64,000 nucleotides of DNA from Eledone cirrhosa (Eukaryota). The notes beneath the pieces were generated by a model that saw only the letters and a list, made by a program, of their open reading frames with translations, searched no databases and had not been told where the DNA came from. Below, one piece after another: positions 49,572-61,498 of the stretch. Positions within the stretch are counted from its first letter, which is position 1. Each line of letters begins with the position of its first letter. The translations under genes and the position numbers were made by a program. The stretch covers positions 348,874,001 through 348,938,000 of the forward strand of contig OZ024740.1 in the NCBI GenBank assembly GCA_964016885.1, in the 5' to 3' direction.

Positions 49572-51473
49572 ATGTTAAACGCAGCGAACGAAAATAGTGG
49601 TGGGGGGACAGCGGTAAGAGTTGTAAGCTCGCACGCTTTAGTCCTCCCTTCCTTCCCAACTAACGTCATAGAGAAGGAAGGAAAAATTAAAATAAAAACA
49701 GACGAATCTGCGGAGAAAAAATTAAATGACGAAAACACAAATCTGGACTTGGATTCCAACAACGAAAAAAAAAAATTTGAAAAATTGCATGACAATACTA
49801 ATAACACAAACAAAGACACAACAAACACAAAAATAACAGTTGAAAATAACACCATATCAGAAAACAAAGCAGACGACAAGATTTCATTTGCACAGAAAAC
49901 AAAGAAATCTTTGACTTATATAGCGGAAAACATTTCAGATGTGGTACGAAGGATCACGGACGCCAAACAATACATAAGTGAAGGAGAGAATGGCATTTTA
50001 TCCGTAAAAATGCCTCAAGAATTCACGAAAGACATTGAAAGCCGAACGGTCAAGTTTCGGACCATCAACAACAGTACAAAAAAACCTGAACAGCCTTCTC
50101 AAGCAGATATCAAAACAGTACTCACAGAAGTACTTAATGAAACCACTTTCATAAGAAAAGACAGACTGTATGGAAGCCTAGCAATTATCATGAAGAACGA
50201 ATCGGCGGCAAAAAAATGTGCTTTGTCACCGATTCGTTCGAAAAATTTCACCTTTTATCCATCTTATATGGGGAAAAGAACTCAACGCATATGGCTGGAT
50301 GCAATGATGCCAGATGTGGACTACTGCTGGCTCATAGCTGGCTTCATCGATCCAGTGAATGACAACGTGATTTCCATTGGGAAAACCACAGGCAATGCGT
50401 TCAGTGGAACAGGTATAGAGCTGGTAGTACAAATGAAGCCTGAACGCATCGCCCAAATACCCGACAGAATCCTATTAGAGGACCACGGGTATATAAACAT
50501 TAGCGTGGAGGGGAGAAGGCCGTCCTGCCATATCTGTGCAGGCAGAGGGCACCTGAAGGCCGCTTGTCCCCAACTCAACAAAAATAAAACCCTGCTACCA
50601 ACACCAGCTCCACCACCACCACCACAACAGATAAACAAACAACAAAACTCAGTCCAACCCAACCCGTCCCTCAGTAAAACCACAACACCACCACAACACA
50701 AACAGTCACAACACATTACCCCAAAACAAAATACAGGCCCACCCAACCTCTCACTCAATAAAACAACACAACCACCGCAGTCACAACACACAACACAGTC
50801 TAACATAGTGACATCCATCTCCCCCACAAAGAAAACCAACACGGAAACATTACCAGCAAACATACATCTTCCCTCCAACACTGAAGATAACCCAACGAAT
50901 TCGGAGGAAGAAACGGAGTCCTTCAGACAGATTAAAAGGAAAAAAAGAAAACATGTGCAAAACACACAAGGACAAACAACCCCCACCCAAATCTCAACAC
51001 AATCCAACAAAACAGAAAACACCCCTCCAGCAACAAACAAAACCAAACCTGCCCCTCCCCTCTTCGAAACACTCACACCATCGGAAACAAAGACATTACA
51101 CTATACTTACATCAACAGAAACAATAATAAATTAAATGAGCTCATATACAATAATCCTTCGGTACAAACCGAAGGTGTAAACTTTGTTTCGTCAGAAAAC
51201 TACCCACATTTAAAACTAATAAAGATCCCAATGAACCTCTACCAAAAACTAAAAAAGGATTTTAAGGAGGACGTAGGACCACCCTCTGTCAAACCCATAA
51301 ACAGCGTCCTACTAAAAAGCTTTCCCCCTCCCCTTCCCCTCCCCAACACAACTCCAAACACCCCAACCCCACCACACACTGACGACCCCACACCACCACA
51401 AGACACCCCTTCACCCAACACCTCCGACCCCATGGGAGTCGTGCAACCCGAACCCCGGGAAGCGGAAAGGTAG
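49572..51473 (+). CDS. LINE ORF1p, copy B
   Basis: Identical to the copy A protein. Confidence 0.85.
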   Translation: MLNAANENSGGGTAVRVVSSHALVLPSFPTNVIEKEGKIKIKTDESAEKKLNDENTNLDLDSNNEKKKFEKLHDNTNNTNKDTTNTKITVENNTISENKADDKISFAQKTKKSLTYIAENISDVVRRITDAKQYISEGENGILSVKMPQEFTKDIESRTVKFRTINNSTKKPEQPSQADIKTVLTEVLNETTFIRKDRLYGSLAIIMKNESAAKKCALSPIRSKNFTFYPSYMGKRTQRIWLDAMMPDVDYCWLIAGFIDPVNDNVISIGKTTGNAFSGTGIELVVQMKPERIAQIPDRILLEDHGYINISVEGRRPSCHICAGRGHLKAACPQLNKNKTLLPTPAPPPPPQQINKQQNSVQPNPSLSKTTTPPQHKQSQHITPKQNTGPPNLSLNKTTQPPQSQHTTQSNIVTSISPTKKTNTETLPANIHLPSNTEDNPTNSEEETESFRQIKRKKRKHVQNTQGQTTPTQISTQSNKTENTPPATNKTKPAPPLFETLTPSETKTLHYTYINRNNNKLNELIYNNPSVQTEGVNFVSSENYPHLKLIKIPMNLYQKLKKDFKEDVGPPSVKPINSVLLKSFPPPLPLPNTTPNTPTPPHTDDPTPPQDTPSPNTSDPMGVVQPEPREAER

Positions 51474-51506
51474 GTCTCTACACTCTCCTTTGGCTCTGCC
51501 GCCCAC

Positions 51507-54500
51507 ATGGATGTGTTAAGAGTAGGATGTTTGAATGCACGTGGCCTGGGCTCAACTTGGAAGCAAGCAAAGCTTCTAAATGACCTCAGGTCATGTAGTA
51601 TAAATGTAATGGTTATCTGTGAGACTCGAATCAGCGTCGTGCGGCAGCTGGCCCCCACCTTCGATGACTTTGAGGTGCATGCATCTCTCTGTCAACCTGG
51701 AGGTGGGGGTGGGGTTGTCGTACTGCTGCAAAAACACCTGGGTCTTGCCGTACAGGTTGTGCACTCGGACCCGGAGGGTCGTTTGTTGGTGCTAGACGTT
51801 GGCAGTAGTGAAAGTGCGGCCTTGAGACTGGTCGCCGTCTACTCCCCTTTCGGAGCTGAACGGCCCGACTTCTTCCAGCGTTTGGAGACTTTTCTGGGAA
51901 CGTCGCGTTCCCTGCTTCTAGTGGGGGATTGGAATAACATCCTGGATGCACGTTGGGACTATGCAGGAGCATGTCCTAATAGAGGGGGGTGTAACAGCCT
52001 CAAGGGATTACTCGACCGTTTTAACTTGGTCGATAGATATCGATTAGATTTTCCAACTGTGCCTACCTGGACTTGGAGAAACCACAGTGGTCAATCTAGA
52101 TCGTACTTAGATAGATTCTTAGTTAGAAGTAAGGATAGGGACATATTAAGCTGTCCAGAAATGCGCACGGTTGGCTACACGGATCACAAATTAGTGACCT
52201 GCGTGGTCAATCTCGAGAAAACACATAGACAGGGTCCCGGTTACTGGAAACTTAATTTGTCTTTACCGGCAAAAGAGACTTACAGAAACCGGATTAGCAG
52301 ATTAGTTAAGGAGAGGTTGACGGGTGCAATCGTCAACAACCGATGGTGGGCATCTCTCAAAAGAGAGATTAGAACAGAATCAATAAGTTATAGCAAGATG
52401 TTAGCTGCCAATAGGAATAGAAACGAGAAAGAATTAACAGGTAAATTAGAAGAGGCAATCAAGAGCGAAGATGTGGCCAGAGTGCTGGCATCGAGGACGG
52501 CCTTGAACCAGTTTTTCGATGCAAAGCATGAAGGCTGCGTCATTCGAAGTAAAATACGTGCTCTAGGTAATGAGGGGGCCAAAGCCGTTGGATGGGCCCG
52601 CGTGACAGAAGCTAAAAGTGGAAATCGATCCACCATCCGGTCGTTGCAAGACGAAGATGGACGAGTGATCCGGGAGCCTAAGCAGATGTGCGAGGCCTTT
52701 CAAAAGCACTTTGCCCGATTGTTCGGGGGAGGCGAGGGTCCGGGCCGGGGCGTGGATTTCGGTCCATACCTCGACGGCCTGCCGCGTCTCTCGAACAAAG
52801 AGGCGGAGTCCTGCGAGGGACCAATCTCGGCTGATGAGATCGGAGATGCGCTGAGCCAATGCAGCAGACGCAAATCTCCAGGTCTCGATGGTATACCTTA
52901 CGAACTTTATTTAGCAATGCCGGTCTTCTTCTCCGAACTCCTCGAAGCGGTCTACTGCAATTGGCAGCAGAACGGGAGAATTCCTTGTTCTGTAGCCAAG
53001 GGCGTAGTCACGCTGGTGAGGAAGGACGAGAACAAGGGGGATAGTATAAATAATTTTCGGCCCATAACCCTGCTAAACACAGAGTTAAAGATTTTGGCCA
53101 AGGTGTTAGCAAAGAGGTTGGCGCTTGTCGTGGGTGGCCTGGTGGGAGATGCGCAGACATGTGCTATCCCATCCAGGTCCATTCACGATAACCTCCACCT
53201 CATGCGATACATCATAGAGAGGGTTGGCAACAAACCCGGCTTCGGTGGGGCCCTGATCAACTTGGATCAGTCTAAGGCCTTCGATAGGGTCGACCATGGT
53301 TACCTGGATGCGGTGCTAGCGGCGGCTGGGTTCGGTCCTGTTTTCAGAGGCTGGATCACTGCCCTACATAGCAACCACATCTGTTCTAGGATCAAGGTGA
53401 ACGGCTACCTTTCGAAGCCGTTCGAAATCACACGATCCATTCGACAGGGGTGCCCTCTCTCCTCCCTTCTGTACGTATTGACTCTCGAGCCTTTACTGAG
53501 GAAGTTGGAGTTGTTGCAGGGTATCCCCCTGGAACCAGGATTGAGCAAAGCGGTGTCGGCCTACGCCGATGACGTAACAGTAATGGTATCAACCGACTCG
53601 GAGATCGAGGCGATCGGTACCTTACTGGAGGAGTACGAAAGGTTGTCAGGAGCGAAACTGAACCGGGAAAAATCCATCGGGCTGCAACTCGGAACGTGGA
53701 GAGGCAGACCGATGCCTCCCGATGGTGTCGTCGGACACTGGACGGAGGGCCCGGTAAAGTTGCTTGGGGTCTGGTTTGGACCGGACCTCCAGGTGGAAAA
53801 GAACTGGAACGAGGTTACGAACAAGGTGTTTGCACTAACCCAGAAATGGGCCAAGTGTAAGCTGTCCCTAAAAGGCCGGGCGGAGGTGGCGAACATTTAC
53901 ATAGCGTCCGTCACTTACTACCGCCTGACTGTCGTGCCTTGCCCTAAGGAAACACTCACCACCATGGAACGCATGCTCTTCCAATTTCTTTGGAAGAAGC
54001 GTCCTCCTATGGTGAGAAGATCCATCTGCTGCCAACAACCTTCGAAAGGAGGGCTGGGGATGCCGTGGTTGATGATGCGTAGGCACGCATTAAGGCTACG
54101 GCACCTACAGGTATTCCTCACTGGTCAACCGGTGTGGGCTCCGTTCGTGAAACGAGCCTTTCCGAGACTCGTCTCACTCACCGAGCTACAGTCCTGGGTC
54201 AAGCAAAGATCCGGAAAACTGGGAGACTGGCACACTGAGTGTGCTCAGGCGCTCAGGGCTCTCTGGCAAGCGGGCCGGGCCATCGGTGGAGAATCCACCT
54301 CATCATTCTATAGAGGGCTGGTGGCTAGCAGGGGCGATGACACCCTTGGAGAGTCGCTGGACATGGAAGAAGACGAACTGGCCAGCCTGTTCGGTAGGAC
54401 TTTCGGCCCAGGACCAATGGACAACTTCCAGAAGTCACTGGCTTGGCAGTGCTACCGAGGGGCTCTACCCGTTCGAGAGAGGCTCTACAGACACGGGCGC

Positions 54501-54944
54501 CCGGGCAAGGATCCCTCAAAAAAGATTTGCCCTAGATGCGTGCGTCACGAAGAAACCGTGGCGCACGCATTGGTGCAATGTCCGGGCGTGGCTGATCTGT
54601 GGGGCTACGCCGAACAACTGCTGTCGCGGGTGGCGCCGATTAAATTGACAGCCAAGTCCGTGATGACAATCAAACCGCCTCCCCTCTTCACAAAGGAAGC
54701 AAAGGCGGTTTTTCTGTGCGTAATAGCCATGTTGAAAGAGGTTGTTTGGTGGACACGATTGAAAGGTCTGAGGTCAGGCAACTTCCTCTCTGGCCATAGT
54801 CTGGTCTACTTCTTCCGATATCACTTCGGAAGAAGGATAAGAATGGAGAGAGAGGTGCTTGGCCACAGGCAGTTTTATGAAAGGTGGGTGATAGTGGCGA
54901 GAATGGCTCGTGTAAATGGGCCTTCTCTGTATACCATCCTGTAG
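51507..54944 (+). CDS. LINE ORF2p, copy B
   Basis: Identical to the copy A protein. Confidence 0.95.
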   Translation: MDVLRVGCLNARGLGSTWKQAKLLNDLRSCSINVMVICETRISVVRQLAPTFDDFEVHASLCQPGGGGGVVVLLQKHLGLAVQVVHSDPEGRLLVLDVGSSESAALRLVAVYSPFGAERPDFFQRLETFLGTSRSLLLVGDWNNILDARWDYAGACPNRGGCNSLKGLLDRFNLVDRYRLDFPTVPTWTWRNHSGQSRSYLDRFLVRSKDRDILSCPEMRTVGYTDHKLVTCVVNLEKTHRQGPGYWKLNLSLPAKETYRNRISRLVKERLTGAIVNNRWWASLKREIRTESISYSKMLAANRNRNEKELTGKLEEAIKSEDVARVLASRTALNQFFDAKHEGCVIRSKIRALGNEGAKAVGWARVTEAKSGNRSTIRSLQDEDGRVIREPKQMCEAFQKHFARLFGGGEGPGRGVDFGPYLDGLPRLSNKEAESCEGPISADEIGDALSQCSRRKSPGLDGIPYELYLAMPVFFSELLEAVYCNWQQNGRIPCSVAKGVVTLVRKDENKGDSINNFRPITLLNTELKILAKVLAKRLALVVGGLVGDAQTCAIPSRSIHDNLHLMRYIIERVGNKPGFGGALINLDQSKAFDRVDHGYLDAVLAAAGFGPVFRGWITALHSNHICSRIKVNGYLSKPFEITRSIRQGCPLSSLLYVLTLEPLLRKLELLQGIPLEPGLSKAVSAYADDVTVMVSTDSEIEAIGTLLEEYERLSGAKLNREKSIGLQLGTWRGRPMPPDGVVGHWTEGPVKLLGVWFGPDLQVEKNWNEVTNKVFALTQKWAKCKLSLKGRAEVANIYIASVTYYRLTVVPCPKETLTTMERMLFQFLWKKRPPMVRRSICCQQPSKGGLGMPWLMMRRHALRLRHLQVFLTGQPVWAPFVKRAFPRLVSLTELQSWVKQRSGKLGDWHTECAQALRALWQAGRAIGGESTSSFYRGLVASRGDDTLGESLDMEEDELASLFGRTFGPGPMDNFQKSLAWQCYRGALPVRERLYRHGRPGKDPSKKICPRCVRHEETVAHALVQCPGVADLWGYAEQLLSRVAPIKLTAKSVMTIKPPPLFTKEAKAVFLCVIAMLKEVVWWTRLKGLRSGNFLSGHSLVYFFRYHFGRRIRMEREVLGHRQFYERWVIVARMARVNGPSLYTIL

Positions 54945-55406
54945 GTAAAGAAGTAAAGGAGAGGGGAGCACCTTCTCCATGTGCTCCCCGGGCAAAGGAT
55001 TGCACACTTTTTCGGGGGTGTGTGCAACCCCCATCACGTCCCCTCCCTTTTGAGGTTATTTTCGATTATTTTCATGTTACACCCTTTTTACTCGATTATA
55101 TGTAAACTCCCCCTTTGTATTTGTCCCTTCTTTTTATGCCTTTATGGTAAATAAAGAAATCTATCTATCTATATGAAATCTAGCTGTCGTCTGTTCTACA
55201 GTGTGGATGTCATTCACTTCGCACAGAAGTTTTGTTCAAATTTATTGAGGAAATTTTGTGAGTTCAAACTTAATTTTGATACAATTGTGTAGCTTGACCC
55301 TCCGTCTGAACTGTCAGGCGGTGGGTCAGCTCATCTTTACCCCTCCTAGAGGTGAAAAACCTGTTTTAAAAAATTTTGTGTAAAAAATTTCAATCGTCTA
55401 ACAGAA

Positions 55407-57308
55407 ATGTTAAACGCAGCGAACGAAAATAGTGGTGGGGGGACAGCGGTAAGAGTTGTAAGCTCGCACGCTTTAGTCCTCCCTTCCTTCCCAACTAACG
55501 TCATAGAGAAGGAAGGAAAAATTAAAATAAAAACAGACGAATCTGCGGAGAAAAAATTAAATGACGAAAACACAAATCTGGACTTGGATTCCAACAACGA
55601 AAAAAAAAAATTTGAAAAATTGCATGACAATACTAATAACACAAACAAAGACACAACAAACACAAAAATAACAGTTGAAAATAACACCATATCAGAAAAC
55701 AAAGCAGACGACAAGATTTCATTTGCACAGAAAACAAAGAAATCTTTGACTTATATAGCGGAAAACATTTCAGATGTGGTACGAAGGATCACGGACGCCA
55801 AACAATACATAAGTGAAGGAGAGAATGGCATTTTATCCGTAAAAATGCCTCAAGAATTCACGAAAGACATTGAAAGCCGAACGGTCAAGTTTCGGACCAT
55901 CAACAACAGTACAAAAAAACCTGAACAGCCTTCTCAAGCAGATATCAAAACAGTACTCACAGAAGTACTTAATGAAACCACTTTCATAAGAAAAGACAGA
56001 CTGTATGGAAGCCTAGCAATTATCATGAAGAACGAATCGGCGGCAAAAAAATGTGCTTTGTCACCGATTCGTTCGAAAAATTTCACCTTTTATCCATCTT
56101 ATATGGGGAAAAGAACTCAACGCATATGGCTGGATGCAATGATGCCAGATGTGGACTACTGCTGGCTCATAGCTGGCTTCATCGATCCAGTGAATGACAA
56201 CGTGATTTCCATTGGGAAAACCACAGGCAATGCGTTCAGTGGAACAGGTATAGAGCTGGTAGTACAAATGAAGCCTGAACGCATCGCCCAAATACCCGAC
56301 AGAATCCTATTAGAGGACCACGGGTATATAAACATTAGCGTGGAGGGGAGAAGGCCGTCCTGCCATATCTGTGCAGGCAGAGGGCACCTGAAGGCCGCTT
56401 GTCCCCAACTCAACAAAAATAAAACCCTGCTACCAACACCAGCTCCACCACCACCACCACAACAGATAAACAAACAACAAAACTCAGTCCAACCCAACCC
56501 GTCCCTCAGTAAAACCACAACACCACCACAACACAAACAGTCACAACACATTACCCCAAAACAAAATACAGGCCCACCCAACCTCTCACTCAATAAAACA
56601 ACACAACCACCGCAGTCACAACACACAACACAGTCTAACATAGTGACATCCATCTCCCCCACAAAGAAAACCAACACGGAAACATTACCAGCAAACATAC
56701 ATCTTCCCTCCAACACTGAAGATAACCCAACGAATTCGGAGGAAGAAACGGAGTCCTTCAGACAGATTAAAAGGAAAAAAAGAAAACATGTGCAAAACAC
56801 ACAAGGACAAACAACCCCCACCCAAATCTCAACACAATCCAACAAAACAGAAAACACCCCTCCAGCAACAAACAAAACCAAACCTGCCCCTCCCCTCTTC
56901 GAAACACTCACACCATCGGAAACAAAGACATTACACTATACTTACATCAACAGAAACAATAATAAATTAAATGAGCTCATATACAATAATCCTTCGGTAC
57001 AAACCGAAGGTGTAAACTTTGTTTCGTCAGAAAACTACCCACATTTAAAACTAATAAAGATCCCAATGAACCTCTACCAAAAACTAAAAAAGGATTTTAA
57101 GGAGGACGTAGGACCACCCTCTGTCAAACCCATAAACAGCGTCCTACTAAAAAGCTTTCCCCCTCCCCTTCCCCTCCCCAACACAACTCCAAACACCCCA
57201 ACCCCACCACACACTGACGACCCCACACCACCACAAGACACCCCTTCACCCAACACCTCCGACCCCATGGGAGTCGTGCAACCCGAACCCCGGGAAGCGG
57301 AAAGGTAG
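55407..57308 (+). CDS. LINE ORF1p, copy C
   Basis: Identical to the copy A protein. Confidence 0.85.
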   Translation: MLNAANENSGGGTAVRVVSSHALVLPSFPTNVIEKEGKIKIKTDESAEKKLNDENTNLDLDSNNEKKKFEKLHDNTNNTNKDTTNTKITVENNTISENKADDKISFAQKTKKSLTYIAENISDVVRRITDAKQYISEGENGILSVKMPQEFTKDIESRTVKFRTINNSTKKPEQPSQADIKTVLTEVLNETTFIRKDRLYGSLAIIMKNESAAKKCALSPIRSKNFTFYPSYMGKRTQRIWLDAMMPDVDYCWLIAGFIDPVNDNVISIGKTTGNAFSGTGIELVVQMKPERIAQIPDRILLEDHGYINISVEGRRPSCHICAGRGHLKAACPQLNKNKTLLPTPAPPPPPQQINKQQNSVQPNPSLSKTTTPPQHKQSQHITPKQNTGPPNLSLNKTTQPPQSQHTTQSNIVTSISPTKKTNTETLPANIHLPSNTEDNPTNSEEETESFRQIKRKKRKHVQNTQGQTTPTQISTQSNKTENTPPATNKTKPAPPLFETLTPSETKTLHYTYINRNNNKLNELIYNNPSVQTEGVNFVSSENYPHLKLIKIPMNLYQKLKKDFKEDVGPPSVKPINSVLLKSFPPPLPLPNTTPNTPTPPHTDDPTPPQDTPSPNTSDPMGVVQPEPREAER

Positions 57309-57341
57309 GTCTCTACACTCTCCTTTGGCTCTGCCGCCCAC

Positions 57342-60300
57342 ATGGATGTGTTAAGAGTAGGATGTTTGAATGCACGTGGCCTGGGCTCAACTTGGAAGCA
57401 AGCAAAGCTTCTAAATGACCTCAGGTCATGTAGTATAAATGTAATGGTTATCTGTGAGACTCGAATCAGCGTCGTGCGGCAGCTGGCCCCCACCTTCGAT
57501 GACTTTGAGGTGCATGCATCTCTCTGTCAACCTGGAGGTGGGGGTGGGGTTGTCGTACTGCTGCAAAAACACCTGGGTCTTGCCGTACAGGTTGTGCACT
57601 CGGACCCGGAGGGTCGTTTGTTGGTGCTAGACGTTGGCAGTAGTGAAAGTGCGGCCTTGAGACTGGTCGCCGTCTACTCCCCTTTCGGAGCTGAACGGCC
57701 CGACTTCTTCCAGCGTTTGGAGACTTTTCTGGGAACGTCGCGTTCCCTGCTTCTAGTGGGGGATTGGAATAACATCCTGGATGCACGTTGGGACTATGCA
57801 GGAGCATGTCCTAATAGAGGGGGGTGTAACAGCCTCAAGGGATTACTCGACCGTTTTAACTTGGTCGATAGATATCGATTAGATTTTCCAACTGTGCCTA
57901 CCTGGACTTGGAGAAACCACAGTGGTCAATCTAGATCGTACTTAGATAGATTCTTAGTTAGAAGTAAGGATAGGGACATATTAAGCTGTCCAGAAATGCG
58001 CACGGTTGGCTACACGGATCACAAATTAGTGACCTGCGTGGTCAATCTCGAGAAAACACATAGACAGGGTCCCGGTTACTGGAAACTTAATTTGTCTTTA
58101 CCGGCAAAAGAGACTTACAGAAACCGGATTAGCAGATTAGTTAAGGAGAGGTTGACGGGTGCAATCGTCAACAACCGATGGTGGGCATCTCTCAAAAGAG
58201 AGATTAGAACAGAATCAATAAGTTATAGCAAGATGTTAGCTGCCGATAGGAATAGAAACGAGAAAGAATTAACAGGTAAATTAGAAGAGGCAATCAAGAG
58301 CGAAGATGTGGCCAGAGTGCTGGCATCGAGGACGGCCTTGAACCAGTTTTTCGATGCAAAGCACGAAGGCTGCGTCATTCGAAGTAAAATACGTGCTCTA
58401 GGTAATGAGGGGGCCAAAGCCGTTGGATGGGCCCGCGTGACAGAAGCTAAGAGTGGAAATCGATCCACCATCCGGTCGTTGCAAGACGAAGATGGACGGG
58501 TGATCCGGGAGCCTAAGCAGATGTGCGAGGCCTTTCAAAGGCACTTTGCCCGATTGTTCGGGGGAGGCGAGGGTCCGGGCGGGGGCGTGGATTTCGGTCC
58601 ATACCTCGACGGCCTGCCGCGTCTCTCGAGCGAAGAGGCAGAGTCCTGCGAGGGACCAATCTCGGCTGATGAGATCGGAGATGCGCTGAGCCAATGCAGC
58701 AGACGCAAATCTCCAGGTCTCGATGGTATACCTTACGAACTTTATTTAGCAATGCCGGTCTTCTTCTCCGAACTCCTCGAAGCGGTCTACTGCAATTGGC
58801 GGCAGAACGGGAGAATTCCTTGTTCTGTAGCCAAGGGCGTAGTCACGCTGGTGAGGAAGGACGAGAACAAGGGGGATAGTATAAATAATTTTCGGCCCAT
58901 AACCCTGCTAAACACAGAGTTAAAGATTTTGGCCAAGGTGTTAGCAAAGAGGTTGGCGCTTGTCGTGGGTGGCCTGGTGGGAGATGCGCAGACATGTGCT
59001 ATCCCATCCAGGTCCATTCACGATAACCTCCACCTCATGCGATACATCATAGAGAGGGTTGGCAACAAACCCGGCTTCGGTGGGGCCCTGATCAACTTGG
59101 ATCAGTCTAAGGCCTTCGATAGGGTCGACCATGGTTACCTGGATGCGGTGCTAGCGGCGGCTGGGTTCGGTCCTGTGTTCAGAGGCTGGATCACTGCCCT
59201 ACATAGCAACCACATCTGTTCTAGGATCAAGGTGAACGGCTACCTTTCGAAGCCGTTCGAAATCACACGATCCATTCGACAGGGGTGCCCTCTCTCCTCC
59301 CTTCTGTACGTATTGACTCTCGAGACTTTACTGAGGAAGTTGGAGTTGTTGCAGGGTATCCCCCTGGAACCAGGATTGAGCAAAGCGGTGTCGGCCTACG
59401 CTGATGACGTAACAGTAATGGTATCAACCGACTCGGAGATCGAGGCGATCGGTACCTTACTGGAGGAGTACGAAAGGTTGTCAGGAGCGAAACTGAACCG
59501 GGAAAAATCCATCGGGCTGCAACTCGGAACGTGGAGAGGCAGACCGATGCCTCCAGACGGTGTCGTCGGACACTGGACGGAGGGCCCGGTGAAGTTGCTT
59601 GGGGTCTGGTTTGGACCGGACCTCCAGGTGGAAAAGAACTGGAACGAGGTTACGAACAAGGTGTTTGCACTAACCCAGAAATGGGCCAAGTGTAAGCTGT
59701 CCCTAAAAGGCCGGGCGGAGGTGGCGAACATTTACATAGCGTCCGTCACTTACTACCGCCTGACTGTCGTGCCTTGCCCTAAGGAAACACTCACCACCAT
59801 GGAACGCATGCTCTTCCAATTTTTTTGGAAGAGGCGTCCTCCTATGGTGAGAAGATCCATCTGCTGCCAACAACCTTCGAAAGGAGGGCTGGGGATGCCG
59901 TGGTTGATGATGCGTAGGCACGCATTAAGGCTACGGCACCTACAGGTATTCCTCACTGGTCAACCGGTGTGGGCTCCGTTCGTGAAACGAGCCTTTCCGA
60001 GACTCGTCTCGCTCACCGAGCTACAGTCCTGGGTCAAGCAAAGATCCGGAAAACTGGGATACTGGCACACTGAGTGTGGTCAGGCGCTCAGGGCTCTCTG
60101 GCAAGCGGGCCGGGCCATCGCTGGAGAATCCACCTCATCATTCTATAGAGGGCTGGTGGCTAGCAGGGGCGATGACACCCTTGGAGAGTCGCTGGACATG
60201 GAGGAAGACGAACTGGCCAGCCTGTTCGGTAGGACTTTCGGCCCAGGACCAATGGACAACTTCCAGAAGTCACTGGCCTGGCAGTGCTACCGGGGGGCTC

Positions 60301-60779
60301 TACCCGTTCGAGAGAGGCTCTACAGACACGGGCGCCCGGGCAGGGATCCCTCAAAAAAGATTTTCCCTAGATGCGTGCGTCACGAAGAAACCGTTGCGCA
60401 CGCATTGGTGCAATGTCCGGGCGTGGCTGATCTGTGGGGCTACTCCGAACGACTGCTGTCGCGGGTGGCGCCGATTCGATTGACCGCCGAGTCCGTGATG
60501 ACAATCAAACCGCCTCCCCTCTTCACAAAGGAAGCAAAGGCGGTTTTTCTGTGCGTAATAGCCATGTTGAAAGAGGTTGTTTGGTGGACACGATTGAAAG
60601 GTGTGAGGTCAGGCAACTTCCTCTCTGGCCATAGTCTGGTCTACTTCTTCCGATATCACTTCGGAAGAAGGATAAGAATGGAGAGAGAGGTGCTTGGCCA
60701 CAGGCAGTTTTATGAAAGGTGGGTGATAGTGGCGAGAATGGCTCGTGTAAATGGGCCTTCTCTGTATACCATCCTGTAG
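57342..60779 (+). CDS. LINE ORF2p, copy C (open, but with LEP>LET and CPRC>FPRC)
   Basis: 1145-aa ORF with more than 15 amino-acid differences from A/B, all after about residue 300. Confidence 0.9.
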   Translation: MDVLRVGCLNARGLGSTWKQAKLLNDLRSCSINVMVICETRISVVRQLAPTFDDFEVHASLCQPGGGGGVVVLLQKHLGLAVQVVHSDPEGRLLVLDVGSSESAALRLVAVYSPFGAERPDFFQRLETFLGTSRSLLLVGDWNNILDARWDYAGACPNRGGCNSLKGLLDRFNLVDRYRLDFPTVPTWTWRNHSGQSRSYLDRFLVRSKDRDILSCPEMRTVGYTDHKLVTCVVNLEKTHRQGPGYWKLNLSLPAKETYRNRISRLVKERLTGAIVNNRWWASLKREIRTESISYSKMLAADRNRNEKELTGKLEEAIKSEDVARVLASRTALNQFFDAKHEGCVIRSKIRALGNEGAKAVGWARVTEAKSGNRSTIRSLQDEDGRVIREPKQMCEAFQRHFARLFGGGEGPGGGVDFGPYLDGLPRLSSEEAESCEGPISADEIGDALSQCSRRKSPGLDGIPYELYLAMPVFFSELLEAVYCNWRQNGRIPCSVAKGVVTLVRKDENKGDSINNFRPITLLNTELKILAKVLAKRLALVVGGLVGDAQTCAIPSRSIHDNLHLMRYIIERVGNKPGFGGALINLDQSKAFDRVDHGYLDAVLAAAGFGPVFRGWITALHSNHICSRIKVNGYLSKPFEITRSIRQGCPLSSLLYVLTLETLLRKLELLQGIPLEPGLSKAVSAYADDVTVMVSTDSEIEAIGTLLEEYERLSGAKLNREKSIGLQLGTWRGRPMPPDGVVGHWTEGPVKLLGVWFGPDLQVEKNWNEVTNKVFALTQKWAKCKLSLKGRAEVANIYIASVTYYRLTVVPCPKETLTTMERMLFQFFWKRRPPMVRRSICCQQPSKGGLGMPWLMMRRHALRLRHLQVFLTGQPVWAPFVKRAFPRLVSLTELQSWVKQRSGKLGYWHTECGQALRALWQAGRAIAGESTSSFYRGLVASRGDDTLGESLDMEEDELASLFGRTFGPGPMDNFQKSLAWQCYRGALPVRERLYRHGRPGRDPSKKIFPRCVRHEETVAHALVQCPGVADLWGYSERLLSRVAPIRLTAESVMTIKPPPLFTKEAKAVFLCVIAMLKEVVWWTRLKGVRSGNFLSGHSLVYFFRYHFGRRIRMEREVLGHRQFYERWVIVARMARVNGPSLYTIL

Positions 60780-60984
60780 GTAAAGAAGTAAAGGAGAGGG
60801 GAGCACCTTCTCCATGTGCTCCCCGGGCAAACTTTTTCGGGGGTGTGTGCAACCCCCATCACGTCCCCTCCCTTTTGAGGTTATTTTCGATTATTTTCAT
60901 GTTACACCCTTTTTACTCGATTATATGTAAACTCCCCCTTTGTATTTGTCCCTTCTTTTTATGCCTTGATGGTAAATAAAGAAA

Positions 60985-61498
<514 letters not shown>

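Larger units (their letters stand above)
49337..55159 (+). mobile_element. Full-length L1/Tx1-clade LINE, copy B
   Basis: Exact 5835-bp offset from copy A, with all ORF translations identical. Confidence 0.95.
55172..60984 (+). mobile_element. Full-length L1/Tx1-clade LINE, copy C (3' half diverged)
   Basis: Same structure as A and B. Substitutions begin at ~58245, there is a 10-bp deletion in the 3'UTR, and (TCTA)4 follows. Confidence 0.95.
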
